A DNA stretch of 64,000 nucleotides from an uncultured Gemmatimonadales bacterium (GTDB lineage: Bacteria; Gemmatimonadota; Gemmatimonadetes; JACCXV01; JAHWKZ01), in the NCBI GenBank assembly GCA_947259315.1, contig CAMYLR010000023.1, positions 6,276-70,275 on the forward strand, read 5' to 3'. Made by a program: the position numbers and the translations under genes. Under the pieces are notes generated by a model. That model did no database searches and had not been told where the DNA came from. It worked only from the letters and a program-made list of their open reading frames with translations. How positions within the stretch are numbered: position 1 is the first letter of the stretch; each line of letters starts with the position of its first letter. This document shows positions 8,243 to 17,706 of the stretch, piece after piece.

Positions 8243-10027
8243 CTACTGCACCTCTAGCAGTACATGGCCGCGGAAACCTTCCTCCTCGGCCTCGTTGTAG
8301 AACCCCATCCGGGGCACGTTCTTGAACGCTCTCAGAACCTGCCGGCCGGTGGACGTCGAGTCGGCGACCGCGCCGCCGGCCATCGGGCCAAACGTCTCCA
8401 ACAGGCTCTCGACCTCGGTCAGCGTGCGCTCGAGATCGATGTAGCCGATCCCGCTTACGTCCTCAACATAGAAGTCACCCAACGCCTGGTACGGGGGGCT
8501 GGCGGGCAGCGCTTCAGCTTGTCCGTTCTGTGCATCCAACATCCGCTTGACGAGTCCGTTGCTCGAACCGATGATCGCGAACTCGTCGGTCACGACGTAC
8601 GCCACCTGGGCGACCGGCGTTGGCGCGTAGCGGATCGTGTTGCCCGCGTAATCCTCGCTTTGCCATACGACGGGGATCGAGGCCCGGGCGCGAGCGGCGT
8701 CCGCTAGCAACGTCTCGAGCTTGGCGAACAACGTCCGTGCGCGAACCGCGTCTTTGGAGGTGAACACGATCGACACTTCAGGCAACGGGAAGAACCCGGT
8801 GCGATCGACACCGGTGATCGACAGCGATGCTTCATCGTCGAACCAGGAGAGAATGTCTTCCTCGATGCTGATCCCGACGTTGTTCTCGAACTCCGCGATC
8901 TTGTTCGCCACCGCCTCGTTGGCGCGTAACGAATCGGGCTTCCCGACCACGTCCATCTGAACGCGAGTCGCATCGATCGCGAAGCTCAGCAGCTCCTCGT
9001 AGACCGCGTCCGGAACGATCGTATTGAGCGCAAAATAGAGCAGCGTGGCGGTGGGCTGGAGGTCGAGCGTTCGGGCCGGCTCAGACGAGGTCTCCATGAT
9101 GCGCGCGAAACCGCGTCGGGGTCCCGGATCGAGTAGCGTGTACGTGGTAGATCGGATGCCCGCGTCTGTCCAGTAGGCGCCGCCGGCGAAGGCCCGCGCA
9201 TAGTTGAAGTTCTCAAACGCTGTCGTCGCGGCGCGGACCCGTTCGGCCTCCCCGGGGTCCATGTCAGCCTGCTCCTCGGCGGCGCGAATCGCGGTCTCCT
9301 GCATCGCCCGCTGGTCGATGAACACGACGATATCCGAGGCCGGCAGCTTGCCGAGCACGGTCATGTAGTCCTGGTTGTCGCCCATCGTCGACCCTGCGCC
9401 CCGATTGGCGGTCAGGTCGAGCGTTTCCTTGAGACGGCTCTCGGTGGTGCTCATGACGAGCCGTTCGTCAACCAGCGTGTGGAAAAAGACGTCTTCTTGT
9501 TCTGGGCTGGTCGCAACGCGAACGGTCGCTCCCTCGTAGTCGATATCGCGGAACGTCGCTCCCTCTTCCTCGGTTACCTGCTGCTCGACGGCCGCTAAGA
9601 TCTCCCTGACCCGACCATCGTCCTGGACCTCGGCGATGAGCGCCAGGTCCCCGCGGTCCTCGGACAATTGGCCGTAGTAACCGAGATCGAACTTGCGGCC
9701 AAACACCGACAGGACGGTCGTCTCGTCGAGCGGCAACCCGGTCTCCTCCAAGAACTTGCTCTGCATCTCGGCCAACCCGTCGGCGGCACCCTCGATCGCG
9801 GTCAGCTCGGCGTAGAGCTGGGTTGTCTTGAGGCGCGACCAGAACCCCTCGAGGTCGTGGCCGGAGACGACTACCTGCGCGCCCGCGGGGAGCGCCATCG
9901 CTACCGCTTTCGTCTCCACGCCGGCGGGTACGTCGGTCTCGACCGCGCCCTCTTTGCCGCAAGTCATTCCGATGACGCACAGCGCGAGAATGACCGCCAG
10001 CCGATCACGCGACCGGTTCCAAATCAT
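8243..10027 (-). CDS. large lipoprotein of unknown function (DUF3352-like)
   Basis: MIWNRSRDRLAVILALCVIGMTCGK contains a lipobox. There are 594 aa from internal ATG 10027 of ORF 8243..10261. No catalytic motif was recognised, and the family call is from memory only. Confidence 0.55.
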   Translation of the reverse strand: MIWNRSRDRLAVILALCVIGMTCGKEGAVETDVPAGVETKAVAMALPAGAQVVVSGHDLEGFWSRLKTTQLYAELTAIEGAADGLAEMQSKFLEETGLPLDETTVLSVFGRKFDLGYYGQLSEDRGDLALIAEVQDDGRVREILAAVEQQVTEEEGATFRDIDYEGATVRVATSPEQEDVFFHTLVDERLVMSTTESRLKETLDLTANRGAGSTMGDNQDYMTVLGKLPASDIVVFIDQRAMQETAIRAAEEQADMDPGEAERVRAATTAFENFNYARAFAGGAYWTDAGIRSTTYTLLDPGPRRGFARIMETSSEPARTLDLQPTATLLYFALNTIVPDAVYEELLSFAIDATRVQMDVVGKPDSLRANEAVANKIAEFENNVGISIEEDILSWFDDEASLSITGVDRTGFFPLPEVSIVFTSKDAVRARTLFAKLETLLADAARARASIPVVWQSEDYAGNTIRYAPTPVAQVAYVVTDEFAIIGSSNGLVKRMLDAQNGQAEALPASPPYQALGDFYVEDVSGIGYIDLERTLTEVESLLETFGPMAGGAVADSTSTGRQVLRAFKNVPRMGFYNEAEEEGFRGHVLLEVQ

Positions 10028-10104
10028 GCTATGAGCTCCTTTCAACGATCGTCCGATATCAGAAGGGGATTGGCTCGAAAGCTTAGGAATGCCGCGCGCG
10101 ACTG

Positions 10105-11073
10105 TCAATCGAGAACCGGCGCCAAAGGCAGCAGGACTTCGTTTGCTCCGGTTACTGAGAGACCTGGTTCTGGTCCTCCACCGATTACGAACAATCGGCC
10201 GTCGACGACCGCCGCTCCCAAGCCGTGTCGGGCGGTCAGAAGCGGTTCCATCGACAGCCAACGTCGCGACCGGGGATCGTACGCCTCGTTGGCATCAAAG
10301 GTGGTCGCGGTCGACTCTCCGCCGAGCACGTGGATGCGGCCGCCGTACACGACGGAGGCGATTCCGCCACGCGGCGTCGGCATCGAGGGCAACGTCTCCC
10401 ACCGCATCGCGCTGGCGTCGAAGGCCTCGAGTGCACCCAGGTTCGTCGACAGGCCGCCGACGCGACCCCCGGCGACGTACACGATCCCGTCCGAGGCCGC
10501 CGCGGTCAGGTGCTCGCGCGGAGTCGGGAGCGGTGGCAGCGGCTCCCAACGACCCACGTCGGGGTCGTAGCGCTCGACGTTGCGAACCGCCGTCTCGTCG
10601 GTAGTCCGGCCGCCGATCGCATAGACGACGTCACCGATCGCGGTAGCGGCCAGCGCGCCCCGCGCGCGTGGCAGCGGCTCTACCCGCCGCCAAACCTCTT
10701 CGCCTGGAGTGAGCACGTAGACGCTGGCTACTGGCCGGAATGGGACGCCGCGATGGCCACCGACCGCGTACAGTCGCCCACCGGCTGCGGTGACGGCGAC
10801 GTGATGGAGCGGCTCTGGCAATGCGGGCCCGGCGGTCCACATATCGGTCGCCGGATCGTAGACATCGACCTGAGCCGACCCCTCGCGTTCCAGCGTGAGG
10901 CCCCCGACGACGTAGATCTTCCCCGCCACCGCGGCCACACCGACCTCGGTCCTGGGGAGCGGCAAAGGAGCCATCGATCGCCAGGGGGTCGTCGGAACCT
11001 CGACCTTGGGGGGCGGGGATCCGCACCCCAGGGCCACGATCGCCAACCACGCCGTCATTCGACCCCGGCTCAT
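10105..11073 (-). CDS. Kelch-repeat lipoprotein (beta-propeller)
   Basis: It has a signal/lipobox (AWLAIVALGCGS) and repeated units of the form ..GKIYVVGG.., ..GRLYAVGG.., ..VVYAIGG.., ..IVYVAGG.., ..RIHVLGG.., ..RLFVIGG.. with interspersed W/Y. Confidence 0.8.
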   Translation of the reverse strand: MSRGRMTAWLAIVALGCGSPPPKVEVPTTPWRSMAPLPLPRTEVGVAAVAGKIYVVGGLTLEREGSAQVDVYDPATDMWTAGPALPEPLHHVAVTAAGGRLYAVGGHRGVPFRPVASVYVLTPGEEVWRRVEPLPRARGALAATAIGDVVYAIGGRTTDETAVRNVERYDPDVGRWEPLPPLPTPREHLTAAASDGIVYVAGGRVGGLSTNLGALEAFDASAMRWETLPSMPTPRGGIASVVYGGRIHVLGGESTATTFDANEAYDPRSRRWLSMEPLLTARHGLGAAVVDGRLFVIGGGPEPGLSVTGANEVLLPLAPVLD

Positions 11074-11193
11074 GGGTCTAACGTAACCCGGTGAGCCGCC
11101 GTTGACCGGGGCTTGAGAGGCGAAACCCGGAGCCGGCCGGCGTCGTAGGGAGTAGCAGAGCTCATCACGTGATCACACCATGCGGAGGTACCG

Positions 11194-11910
11194 ATGCGAA
11201 GCCTAGCCCTCGCACCCCTCGTGGCGATCGTCTCGTTCGCCGGGTGCGGCATTTCGGTGAACTGGGACGGACCCGCCGTCGCCGGTTCGGGAAACATCGT
11301 CAGCAAGTACCGTACAGTGGCCGAGTTCGACCGTATCGAAGTCGGCGGCAACTTCGACGTCGAGGTGGAAGTCGGCGAGGCGCAATCGATCCGGTTGACC
11401 GGCGACGACAACCTGCTCCCGCAGGTCGAAACCAAAGTCCGCCACGGCGAGCTCGAGATCGATTACGACGGCTCGTATCGCTCGCGTGACGACATCAAGA
11501 TCGCAATCACCGTCCCGCGTCTGTCGGCGATCCACTCGAGCGGAAGCTCCGACGTCAACGTCACGGGCGTTCGCAGCTCCACGTTTGATGCTGCCGTATC
11601 GGGATCGAGCGAACTCTGGGTTGAAGGCGACTTTGGCGACCTCGAGGCGAATGTCTCCGGATCCGGAGAGATCACGATGGCCGGCACCGCCAATGACATC
11701 GACGCCAACGTCTCGGGCTCGGGCGAACTCGACCTGTTTAGCGTCCCCGCGAGCACAGCAGACGTGACGGTGACCGGGAGCGGTGAAGTCGGATTGGATG
11801 TCTCGGAGAAGCTGAGCGCCACCGTCACCGGTAGCGGCGACGTCGAGTACACCGGCGACCCCAGCGTCACCTCACGGATAACAGGGTCCGGGTCGGTGCG
11901 CGGAACCTAA
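11194..11910 (+). CDS. DUF2807/GIN-domain lipoprotein (putative adhesin-head-like beta-helix)
   Basis: MRSLALAPLVAIVSFAGCG is a lipobox. GSG-containing units repeat (VSGSSEL, VSGSGEI, VSGSGEL, VTGSGEV, VTGSGDV, ITGSGSV). A GGAGG RBS lies at 11184..11188. Confidence 0.7.
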   Translation: MRSLALAPLVAIVSFAGCGISVNWDGPAVAGSGNIVSKYRTVAEFDRIEVGGNFDVEVEVGEAQSIRLTGDDNLLPQVETKVRHGELEIDYDGSYRSRDDIKIAITVPRLSAIHSSGSSDVNVTGVRSSTFDAAVSGSSELWVEGDFGDLEANVSGSGEITMAGTANDIDANVSGSGELDLFSVPASTADVTVTGSGEVGLDVSEKLSATVTGSGDVEYTGDPSVTSRITGSGSVRGT

Positions 11911-11913
11911 CGC

Positions 11914-12061
11914 TCCACTCCTTTTCCGATAGGCTTCACAGGGAAGCTCAGATCAAGGCGCGCGACGAGGGATGACCGAGGCGTACTGAAAGGTACGCCG
12001 CAGGGCGGCACGAGGAGTGCAACGCGGATATGTGCTTTCTTGTGAAGCCTATAAGGTGGAG
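11914..12061. repeat. copy B of the two-copy structured element, in inverted orientation relative to copy A
   Basis: A 19-bp closing helix pairs 11929..11947 with 12034..12052; its two non-Watson-Crick positions are G.T on the plus strand. An outer helix pairs CTCCAC 11914..11919 with GTGGAG 12056..12061. The central hairpin is GGCGTAC-TGAAAG-GTACGCC at 11980..11999. The right arm overlaps the stop codon of the cysteine desulfurase gene (12049..12051). Confidence 0.7.
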
Positions 12062-13224
12062 AGGGCGCGGAGGTGGTTGACGGTCTCTGCCAAACGCCCA
12101 ACCGCAAACTCAATCTCCTCCTCGGTCGTCCACCGCCCCAACCCAAAGCGCAGCGTACCGCGGCCGTCTTCGTCGCCCCAGCCGAGCGCCTTGATGACGT
12201 GTGACGTGCTGGCCGTGTCCGATTTGCACGCCGAGCCGCTGGAGACGGCGACGTCATCCAATGAAAGCAGTAACGCTTCCCCGTCGATGTGAGGAATCGT
12301 GACGCTCAGGTTGTTGGGTAGCCGGTGCTCCCGATCGCCGTTGACGACGAGACCCTCGATCTCTTCCATGAGCCGGCTCTCCAATCGATCGCGAAGCGCT
12401 GACACGCGCTGACTCTCTTCCTCGCGCTCCTGAACCGCCAACTCGAGTGCGGCCGCCATGCCGACGATACCGGGCACGTTGTGTGTCCCCGACCGGACCC
12501 CGCGCTCGTGCCCGCCACCGATGATACACGGCTTGAGCTTGATGCGTCGCGGGCTCTCGCGCTGGTAGAGTGCACCAATGCCCTTGGGGCCGTAGAACTT
12601 GTGCGCCGACAGCGAAAGCATGTCGACATCCAGCTCGTTAACGTCGACCGGGACTTTTCCGATCGCTTGCGTCGCATCGGTGTGCACCCAAGCGCCGATC
12701 TCGTGCGCGCGGCGCGCGATCTCGCCGATCGGATGGATGTTCCCGATCTCGTTGCTGGCCAGCATCAGTGAAACCAGAACTGTATTCTCGGTGAGCGCCG
12801 CCGATAGCGCGTCGATATCGATCCGGCCGCGCTCGTCCACCGACAGCATCGTGACGTCGAAGCCCTCTTCGTCCAACCGTTCCATAGGGCAAATCACGGA
12901 CTTGTGCTCGGTTACGCAGCTCACGACGTGATTACCGTCGCCCGCCTCTCGTCTTGCGCACGCCGCGCCGGTTACCGCCAGGTTGTTCGATTCGGTCGAG
13001 CCACCGGTAAAGACGATCTCGGAAGCCTTGGCACCCAGCAGCTCGGCTATTCTGCGACGCGAATCCTCGACCAACTCCTCAGCCGCTCGTCCAAAGACGT
13101 GACCCCGGCTCGACGAGTTGCCAAAGTTCTCGGTAAAACAGGGTAGCATCGCCTTTACGACCCGCGGATCGCACGGCGTAGTGGAGTGGTAATCGAGGTA
13201 AACAGGACGCCTCACGCTACTCAT
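12049..13224 (-). CDS. cysteine desulfurase (NifS/IscS class I, PLP-dependent)
   Basis: MSSVRRPVYLDYHSTTP..TGGSTESNN..HTDATQA..LSLSAHKFYGPKGIGAL (PLP Lys)..SSGSACKS (active-site Cys). The start is at internal ATG 13224 and overlaps the rnhB stop by 8 nt. Confidence 0.9.
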   Translation of the reverse strand: MSSVRRPVYLDYHSTTPCDPRVVKAMLPCFTENFGNSSSRGHVFGRAAEELVEDSRRRIAELLGAKASEIVFTGGSTESNNLAVTGAACARREAGDGNHVVSCVTEHKSVICPMERLDEEGFDVTMLSVDERGRIDIDALSAALTENTVLVSLMLASNEIGNIHPIGEIARRAHEIGAWVHTDATQAIGKVPVDVNELDVDMLSLSAHKFYGPKGIGALYQRESPRRIKLKPCIIGGGHERGVRSGTHNVPGIVGMAAALELAVQEREEESQRVSALRDRLESRLMEEIEGLVVNGDREHRLPNNLSVTIPHIDGEALLLSLDDVAVSSGSACKSDTASTSHVIKALGWGDEDGRGTLRFGLGRWTTEEEIEFAVGRLAETVNHLRALSTL

Positions 13225-14137
13225 TCCCTTGCAAGAAAAGGACCTTCTCTCGTCGTGATTCGAGCAGCCTCTGAAGAAGCCGTTCCTCCGAGGCGTGAAG
13301 CGATGCGCGGGCGGCGTCCAGCGCAAACTCGGCGGCTTCTAGAGTCGAGGTCGTATCGGCTTTCGCCAGCTGTGCTTCGATGTCGCGGTACAGTGGACCC
13401 ATGGCGTCGGCCTCGGCCCAGACCCGTGGAAAAGATAACCGATGGATCGGCGTGACGCCGTGTTCTCTAAGCGCCCGAATGTGCTCCGGGGTCATGTACC
13501 CCTTGTGGCGCGCGAACCCGTACTCGGGCCAGCGCCGATCGGCCTCGATTAGCAACCGATCGCGGGCCACCTTGGCGATGATCGACGCCGCGGCGATCGA
13601 CCGCACGCGGCCATCGCCACCCACGATCGCCCGATGCGGCACCGGAAACGCCCGCGGGGGCCGTCCGTCCAGAAGTGCCAGGTCGACTTGACGATCGAGC
13701 TGCTCGAGCGCCAACCGCATCGCCATCAAGCTCGCTTGGTAGATGTTGATCCGATCGATCATCCGCTCGCTGACTGCGCCCACGCCCACCGCGGTCGCGT
13801 CCGCGCGGATCGCGCGGTCGAGACGCTCCCGTTGACCCGGGTCGAGACGCTTGGAATCATCGAGCCCGTCGACGATCCAGTCCTCCGGTAGCACCACCGC
13901 AGCGGCCACCACCGGCCCCGCGATCGGCGAGACGCCGGCCTCATCGACCCCGGCAACCACGCTCCGGTCGCCAGCGAGCTCGCGTTCGGTCTCGACCAGC
14001 TTGGTGAGCCGGTGGCGCTCACGCTCACGGGCCCGGATGACCGCCAGGTACCGCCGCCCGAGCGCTTGCACGCCTGCGCGGGGGTCATCGAGCAGATAGC
14101 GAACCGTGCACCGTCCAACCGCACGCCGGCGGGACAA
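13217..14137 (-). CDS. rnhB: ribonuclease HII with a C-terminal extension of about 70 aa
   Basis: VAGVDEAGVSPIAGPVVAAAVVL..LDDSKRL..IYQASLMAM..ALLDG..VGGDGRVRSIAAASIIAKV..GYMTPEHIRALREHGVTPIHRLSF, followed by an extra tail that looks helical. Confidence 0.9.
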   Translation of the reverse strand: MSRRRAVGRCTVRYLLDDPRAGVQALGRRYLAVIRARERERHRLTKLVETERELAGDRSVVAGVDEAGVSPIAGPVVAAAVVLPEDWIVDGLDDSKRLDPGQRERLDRAIRADATAVGVGAVSERMIDRINIYQASLMAMRLALEQLDRQVDLALLDGRPPRAFPVPHRAIVGGDGRVRSIAAASIIAKVARDRLLIEADRRWPEYGFARHKGYMTPEHIRALREHGVTPIHRLSFPRVWAEADAMGPLYRDIEAQLAKADTTSTLEAAEFALDAARASLHASEERLLQRLLESRREKVLFLQGNE

Positions 14138-14213
14138 TGTGTCAGAGATTTCAGTTACGGAGAGTTGAGAGAGCCGGTCCTCGAGGCGGGTCAGGGTCGG
14201 AGCCGGCTGTACG

Positions 14214-14558
14214 CTAGCGTCGTCGCCGTTCGCGGATGCGAGCGGCCTTGCCGGACAGCTCGCGCAAATAGTAGAGCTTGGCTCGGCGGACGCGCCCTTC
14301 GCGAATGACGTTGATCTCGGTCACGACAGGTGAGTTGAGTGGAAAAATGCGCTCGACACCGACTCCGTTCGAGACCTTGCGAACGGTAAAGGTCTCGCTC
14401 GGACCATCGCCCTTACGACGAATCACTACGCCTTCGAACGCTTGGAGGCGCTCTTTCTGACCCTCAACCACGCGCACATTTACGCGCACCGTGTCGCCGG
14501 GTCGAAAGTCGGGAATGTCCTCCCGCTTTGGCTCTAATCCGAGGTCGAGATTCATCAT
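14214..14558 (-). CDS. rplS: 50S ribosomal protein L19
   Basis: [68 protein letters not shown]. These are the last 114 aa of ORF 14214..14921. Confidence 0.95.
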   Translation of the reverse strand: MMNLDLGLEPKREDIPDFRPGDTVRVNVRVVEGQKERLQAFEGVVIRRKGDGPSETFTVRKVSNGVGVERIFPLNSPVVTEINVIREGRVRRAKLYYLRELSGKAARIRERRRR

Positions 14559-14589
14559 CCTTATAGTATACTGCTCACCACTTTGACCG

Positions 14590-15306
14590 TCACTCACTTT
14601 TTGCTTGTTCGGCCGTGTCACTATCCTCTTCACCACTTGTCCGCCGCACCAGATCGGGGCGTCGCTCGCGCGTAATCCGCTCAGCGGCCTCACGTCGCCA
14701 TCGGGCCACCGCGGCGTGGTCGCCCGAGCGCAATACCTCGGGCACATCGAGCCCGCGAAACGTTGCCGGCCGAGTATACGATGGCGGTCCCAGCGCCCAG
14801 TCGTCGTGAAACGAGTCGCCCTGCGCACTGTCGAAGTCGCCCAACACGCCGGGCAACAGCCGGACCACGGAGTCGATAACCGCCAGCGCCGCGATCTCGC
14901 CACCCGACAACACGAAGTCACCGAGTGAGATCTCGTCGGTCACCAGCGTTTCACGAACCCGCTCGTCGACATCCTTGTAGTGCCCACACAGAAACGTCAG
15001 CTCCGGTGCGACCGCCAGCTTGACCGCCACCTGATGCGTGAACGGCCGGCCGCGAGCCGACAGCAGAATGAACGGATCCGGCTCTTCGAGCGCTTCGTAC
15101 GCGTGGAAAACCGGCTCCGGCTTGAGCACCATGCCGCCGCCGCCGCCGTACGGGTAATCATCGACCTGCTCACCTTCGGGCACGAACTCCCGCAGATCGA
15201 TCACCTCGTACGAGAACGACCCCTTCGAGCGCGCCCGACCCGTGATCGACTGCTTGAGCGGCTGGGTGAAGTAGTCCGGAAACAGGGTCACGATGTTGAC
15301 GTGCAC
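14590..15306 (-). CDS. trmD: tRNA (guanine37-N1)-methyltransferase TrmD
   Basis: [57 protein letters not shown] 15306 avoids overlap with rimM. The alternative start at 15324 would overlap rimM by 16 nt. Confidence 0.9.
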   Translation of the reverse strand: MHVNIVTLFPDYFTQPLKQSITGRARSKGSFSYEVIDLREFVPEGEQVDDYPYGGGGGMVLKPEPVFHAYEALEEPDPFILLSARGRPFTHQVAVKLAVAPELTFLCGHYKDVDERVRETLVTDEISLGDFVLSGGEIAALAVIDSVVRLLPGVLGDFDSAQGDSFHDDWALGPPSYTRPATFRGLDVPEVLRSGDHAAVARWRREAAERITRERRPDLVRRTSGEEDSDTAEQAKSE

Positions 15307-15308
15307 GA

Positions 15309-15812
15309 TTACAGCTCCTCCCACCCTTCGGGCGGGCTCACGACGATCGTCGTCGCATCGACGTGACGAACGAAGGCCTCTACAAACGGCAAGAACCGAC
15401 GCTGACCGCCGGGCTCGCCGATCTCCAACAACACCGGTCCCTCGGACTCGATCACCGATATCACATCGCCAAACGAGCGACCGGTTTCATCCTTCACCTC
15501 GCACCCCACCAACGCGTGCAGAAAAAACTCGTCCTCGGCTTGCGCCTGGACCGCTTCGTCGTGCGGTATCAGCAGGTAATAACCGCTCCGCTGCTCGGCG
15601 TGCGTGCGGTCATCGATCCGATCGAGCTTGAGTAACCAGCGTTGCTTGTGACGCCGGCTGGCCACGATCGACACCGACACGCCGTCCGCATCCGCGTCGG
15701 GCGCCAGTACGAGGGTGCGCCCGACGGCGAACCGCTCTTCGTGCTCGGTCATCGGTTCGACCTGGACCTCGCCCTTGATCCCGTGGGCTTTCACGATCCG
15801 GCCCACCACCAC
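15309..15812 (-). CDS. rimM: 16S rRNA processing protein RimM
   Basis: MVVGRIVKAHGIKGEVQVEP.TEHEERF, with a PRC-barrel-like C-terminus. It sits in the conserved rpsP-rimM-trmD-rplS order. Confidence 0.9.
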   Translation of the reverse strand: MVVGRIVKAHGIKGEVQVEPMTEHEERFAVGRTLVLAPDADADGVSVSIVASRRHKQRWLLKLDRIDDRTHAEQRSGYYLLIPHDEAVQAQAEDEFFLHALVGCEVKDETGRSFGDVISVIESEGPVLLEIGEPGGQRRFLPFVEAFVRHVDATTIVVSPPEGWEEL

Positions 15813-15834
15813 CAGCGTCTCCGGCGTCGTCAGG

Positions 15835-16278
15835 CTACCCCTCCGTTGTCTGCTCTGCGTCGTCCGCGATCTCGGTAGCCGGCTCGACGACGGGTTCGGG
15901 TGCTGGCGCCGGTTCGGGTGCTGGTACCGGTTCGGATGGGGGTTCGGGTTCGAGCGTTGGCGCGGGCTCAGGCGCCGGCGCCGCTACAGGCTCTGGCCGC
16001 GGCGCTTCCACCGGCCACTCGCCGGTTTTGAATCGCTGCCAAACGCCGACCTGGGCGAGCAGCGAGCGAGCGCTGTCGCTCGGCTTGGCGCCCATCTCCA
16101 ACCACTCCAGCGCTTTGTCGCGGTCGATGTTGATATCGGCCGGGTCAACGCGCGGATTGTACGTCCCGATCGTGTCCAGGAACCGACCGTCACGGGGGCT
16201 CCTGGAATCCGCCACCACGAGGCGATAATGAGGTTGCTTCTTGGCGCCCATGCGCCGCAATCGAATGCGTACTGCCAC
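15835..16278 (-). CDS. rpsP: 30S ribosomal protein S16 with a Pro/Glu/Ala-rich C-terminal tail
   Basis: [42 protein letters not shown], followed by a tail of about 55 aa ([42 protein letters not shown]). Confidence 0.95.
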   Translation of the reverse strand: MAVRIRLRRMGAKKQPHYRLVVADSRSPRDGRFLDTIGTYNPRVDPADINIDRDKALEWLEMGAKPSDSARSLLAQVGVWQRFKTGEWPVEAPRPEPVAAPAPEPAPTLEPEPPSEPVPAPEPAPAPEPVVEPATEIADDAEQTTEG

Positions 16279-16281
16279 CCG

Positions 16282-17595
16282 TTACCTCCTTTGACGCTGA
16301 GATCCCAGCGTCGTCTTGAGTGTCTTCATCATCTTGTTCATCTCGCCAAACTGCTTCATGAGCTGGTTGACCTCTTGAACCGAAGTGCCGCTGCCGTTCG
16401 CGATCCGCTTCCGACGGCTGCCATCGAGCAGCTTCGGGTTGCGCCGCTCAGCCGGTGTCATCGACAGGATGATCGCCTCGATGCGCTTTAGTCGGCTCGG
16501 GTCGACATCGACATCCCGCAGCTGCTTACCGACGCCGGGGATCATCCCGATCAACCCCTGCAGGGGTCCCATCCGCTCCAACTGCCGCAACGCGGTGAGG
16601 AAGTCTTCCAGATCGAGTTTTCCGCGGCCGACCTTTTTCTCGAGTTGGCTAGCGTCCTCGACATCGATCGCTTCCTGGGCTTTCTCGACCAGCGATACGA
16701 CGTCGCCACGATCGAGGATCCGCCCTGCCATGCGGTCGGGATGAAACGGTTCCAGGCCGTCGGTTCGCTCCCCGACGCCGATGAACTTGATCGGCAAACC
16801 GGTCACCGCATGGATCGATAGCGCCGCACCGCCACGCGCATCGCCGTCGAGCTTGGTCAGAATCACGCCCGTCAGCGGCAGCCTGGCGCCAAACGTTTCG
16901 GCGATCTGCACTGCGTCGTGACCGGTCATCCCGTCGGCGACCAGGAGCAGCTCGTGAGGCGTGACCATCTGGACGACACGATCGAGCTCATCCATCATCG
17001 CGTCGTCGATGTGCAGCCGACCTGCGGTATCGACGATGACGACGTTGCGCTTGTCGGCCCGCGCTCGCTCGACGCCCGCCTGGGCCAAGCGCTCAACCTG
17101 AGTCTCGTTGCGATCCGATACCACCGGCAAATCGAGCTGGCGCGCCAACGTCTCGAGCTGATCGATCGCCGCCGGTCGGTAGACATCGGCCGCCACCAGT
17201 AGCGGTCGCCGCCCGCGCTTCGCCATGCGGTGGGCGAGCTTGGCCGCGGTCGTCGTCTTGCCGGATCCTTGCAACCCGACCAGGGCGATCACCGTGGGCG
17301 GTTGCCGTGACTCTTCGAGCGGCGCGTTGGCGCCGCCCAATAGATCGACCAACTCGTCGTGCACGATCTTGATGACTTGCTGTGCCGGAGTGACCGACCG
17401 GGTGATCTCTTTTCCGCGGGCGCGCTCGGCTACCCGGGCGCAGAAATCCTTAGCCACCCGGTAGTGGACATCGGCCTCGAGGAGCGCGCGTCGGACCTCG
17501 CGCATCCCCTCGGTGATGACCTCTTCGTCGAGAACTCCGCGGCTCCGAAAGCGCGCCAGCGCGCCATCGAGTTTGGCACTCAGCTCGTCGAACAT
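16282..17595 (-). CDS. ffh: signal recognition particle protein Ffh
   Basis: GLQGSGKTTTAAKLA, DTAGRLH, TKLDGDARGGAALS, and a Met-rich M domain (GMIPGVGK..MTPAER..NGSGTSVQEVNQLMKQF). Confidence 0.97.
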   Translation of the reverse strand: MFDELSAKLDGALARFRSRGVLDEEVITEGMREVRRALLEADVHYRVAKDFCARVAERARGKEITRSVTPAQQVIKIVHDELVDLLGGANAPLEESRQPPTVIALVGLQGSGKTTTAAKLAHRMAKRGRRPLLVAADVYRPAAIDQLETLARQLDLPVVSDRNETQVERLAQAGVERARADKRNVVIVDTAGRLHIDDAMMDELDRVVQMVTPHELLLVADGMTGHDAVQIAETFGARLPLTGVILTKLDGDARGGAALSIHAVTGLPIKFIGVGERTDGLEPFHPDRMAGRILDRGDVVSLVEKAQEAIDVEDASQLEKKVGRGKLDLEDFLTALRQLERMGPLQGLIGMIPGVGKQLRDVDVDPSRLKRIEAIILSMTPAERRNPKLLDGSRRKRIANGSGTSVQEVNQLMKQFGEMNKMMKTLKTTLGSQRQRR

Positions 17596-17706
17596 CGTTT
17601 CCCGTGATAAAACGGTCGCGGATCGTGCGCCGGCGTTCGGCGCCGCCCTCGTAGTCCGGGCCGTCCCGGAGAACGAAGGAAAGCGAATAGGCGAACCAAT
17701 CTAGCC

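Noticed and set aside
10150-10180. A CTGAGA-containing stretch reminiscent of a TPP riboswitch box.
   Set aside because: It lies inside the Kelch-repeat coding sequence, lacks the ACCTGATCTGGATAATGCCAGCG-type partner, and is not upstream of any thiamine gene.
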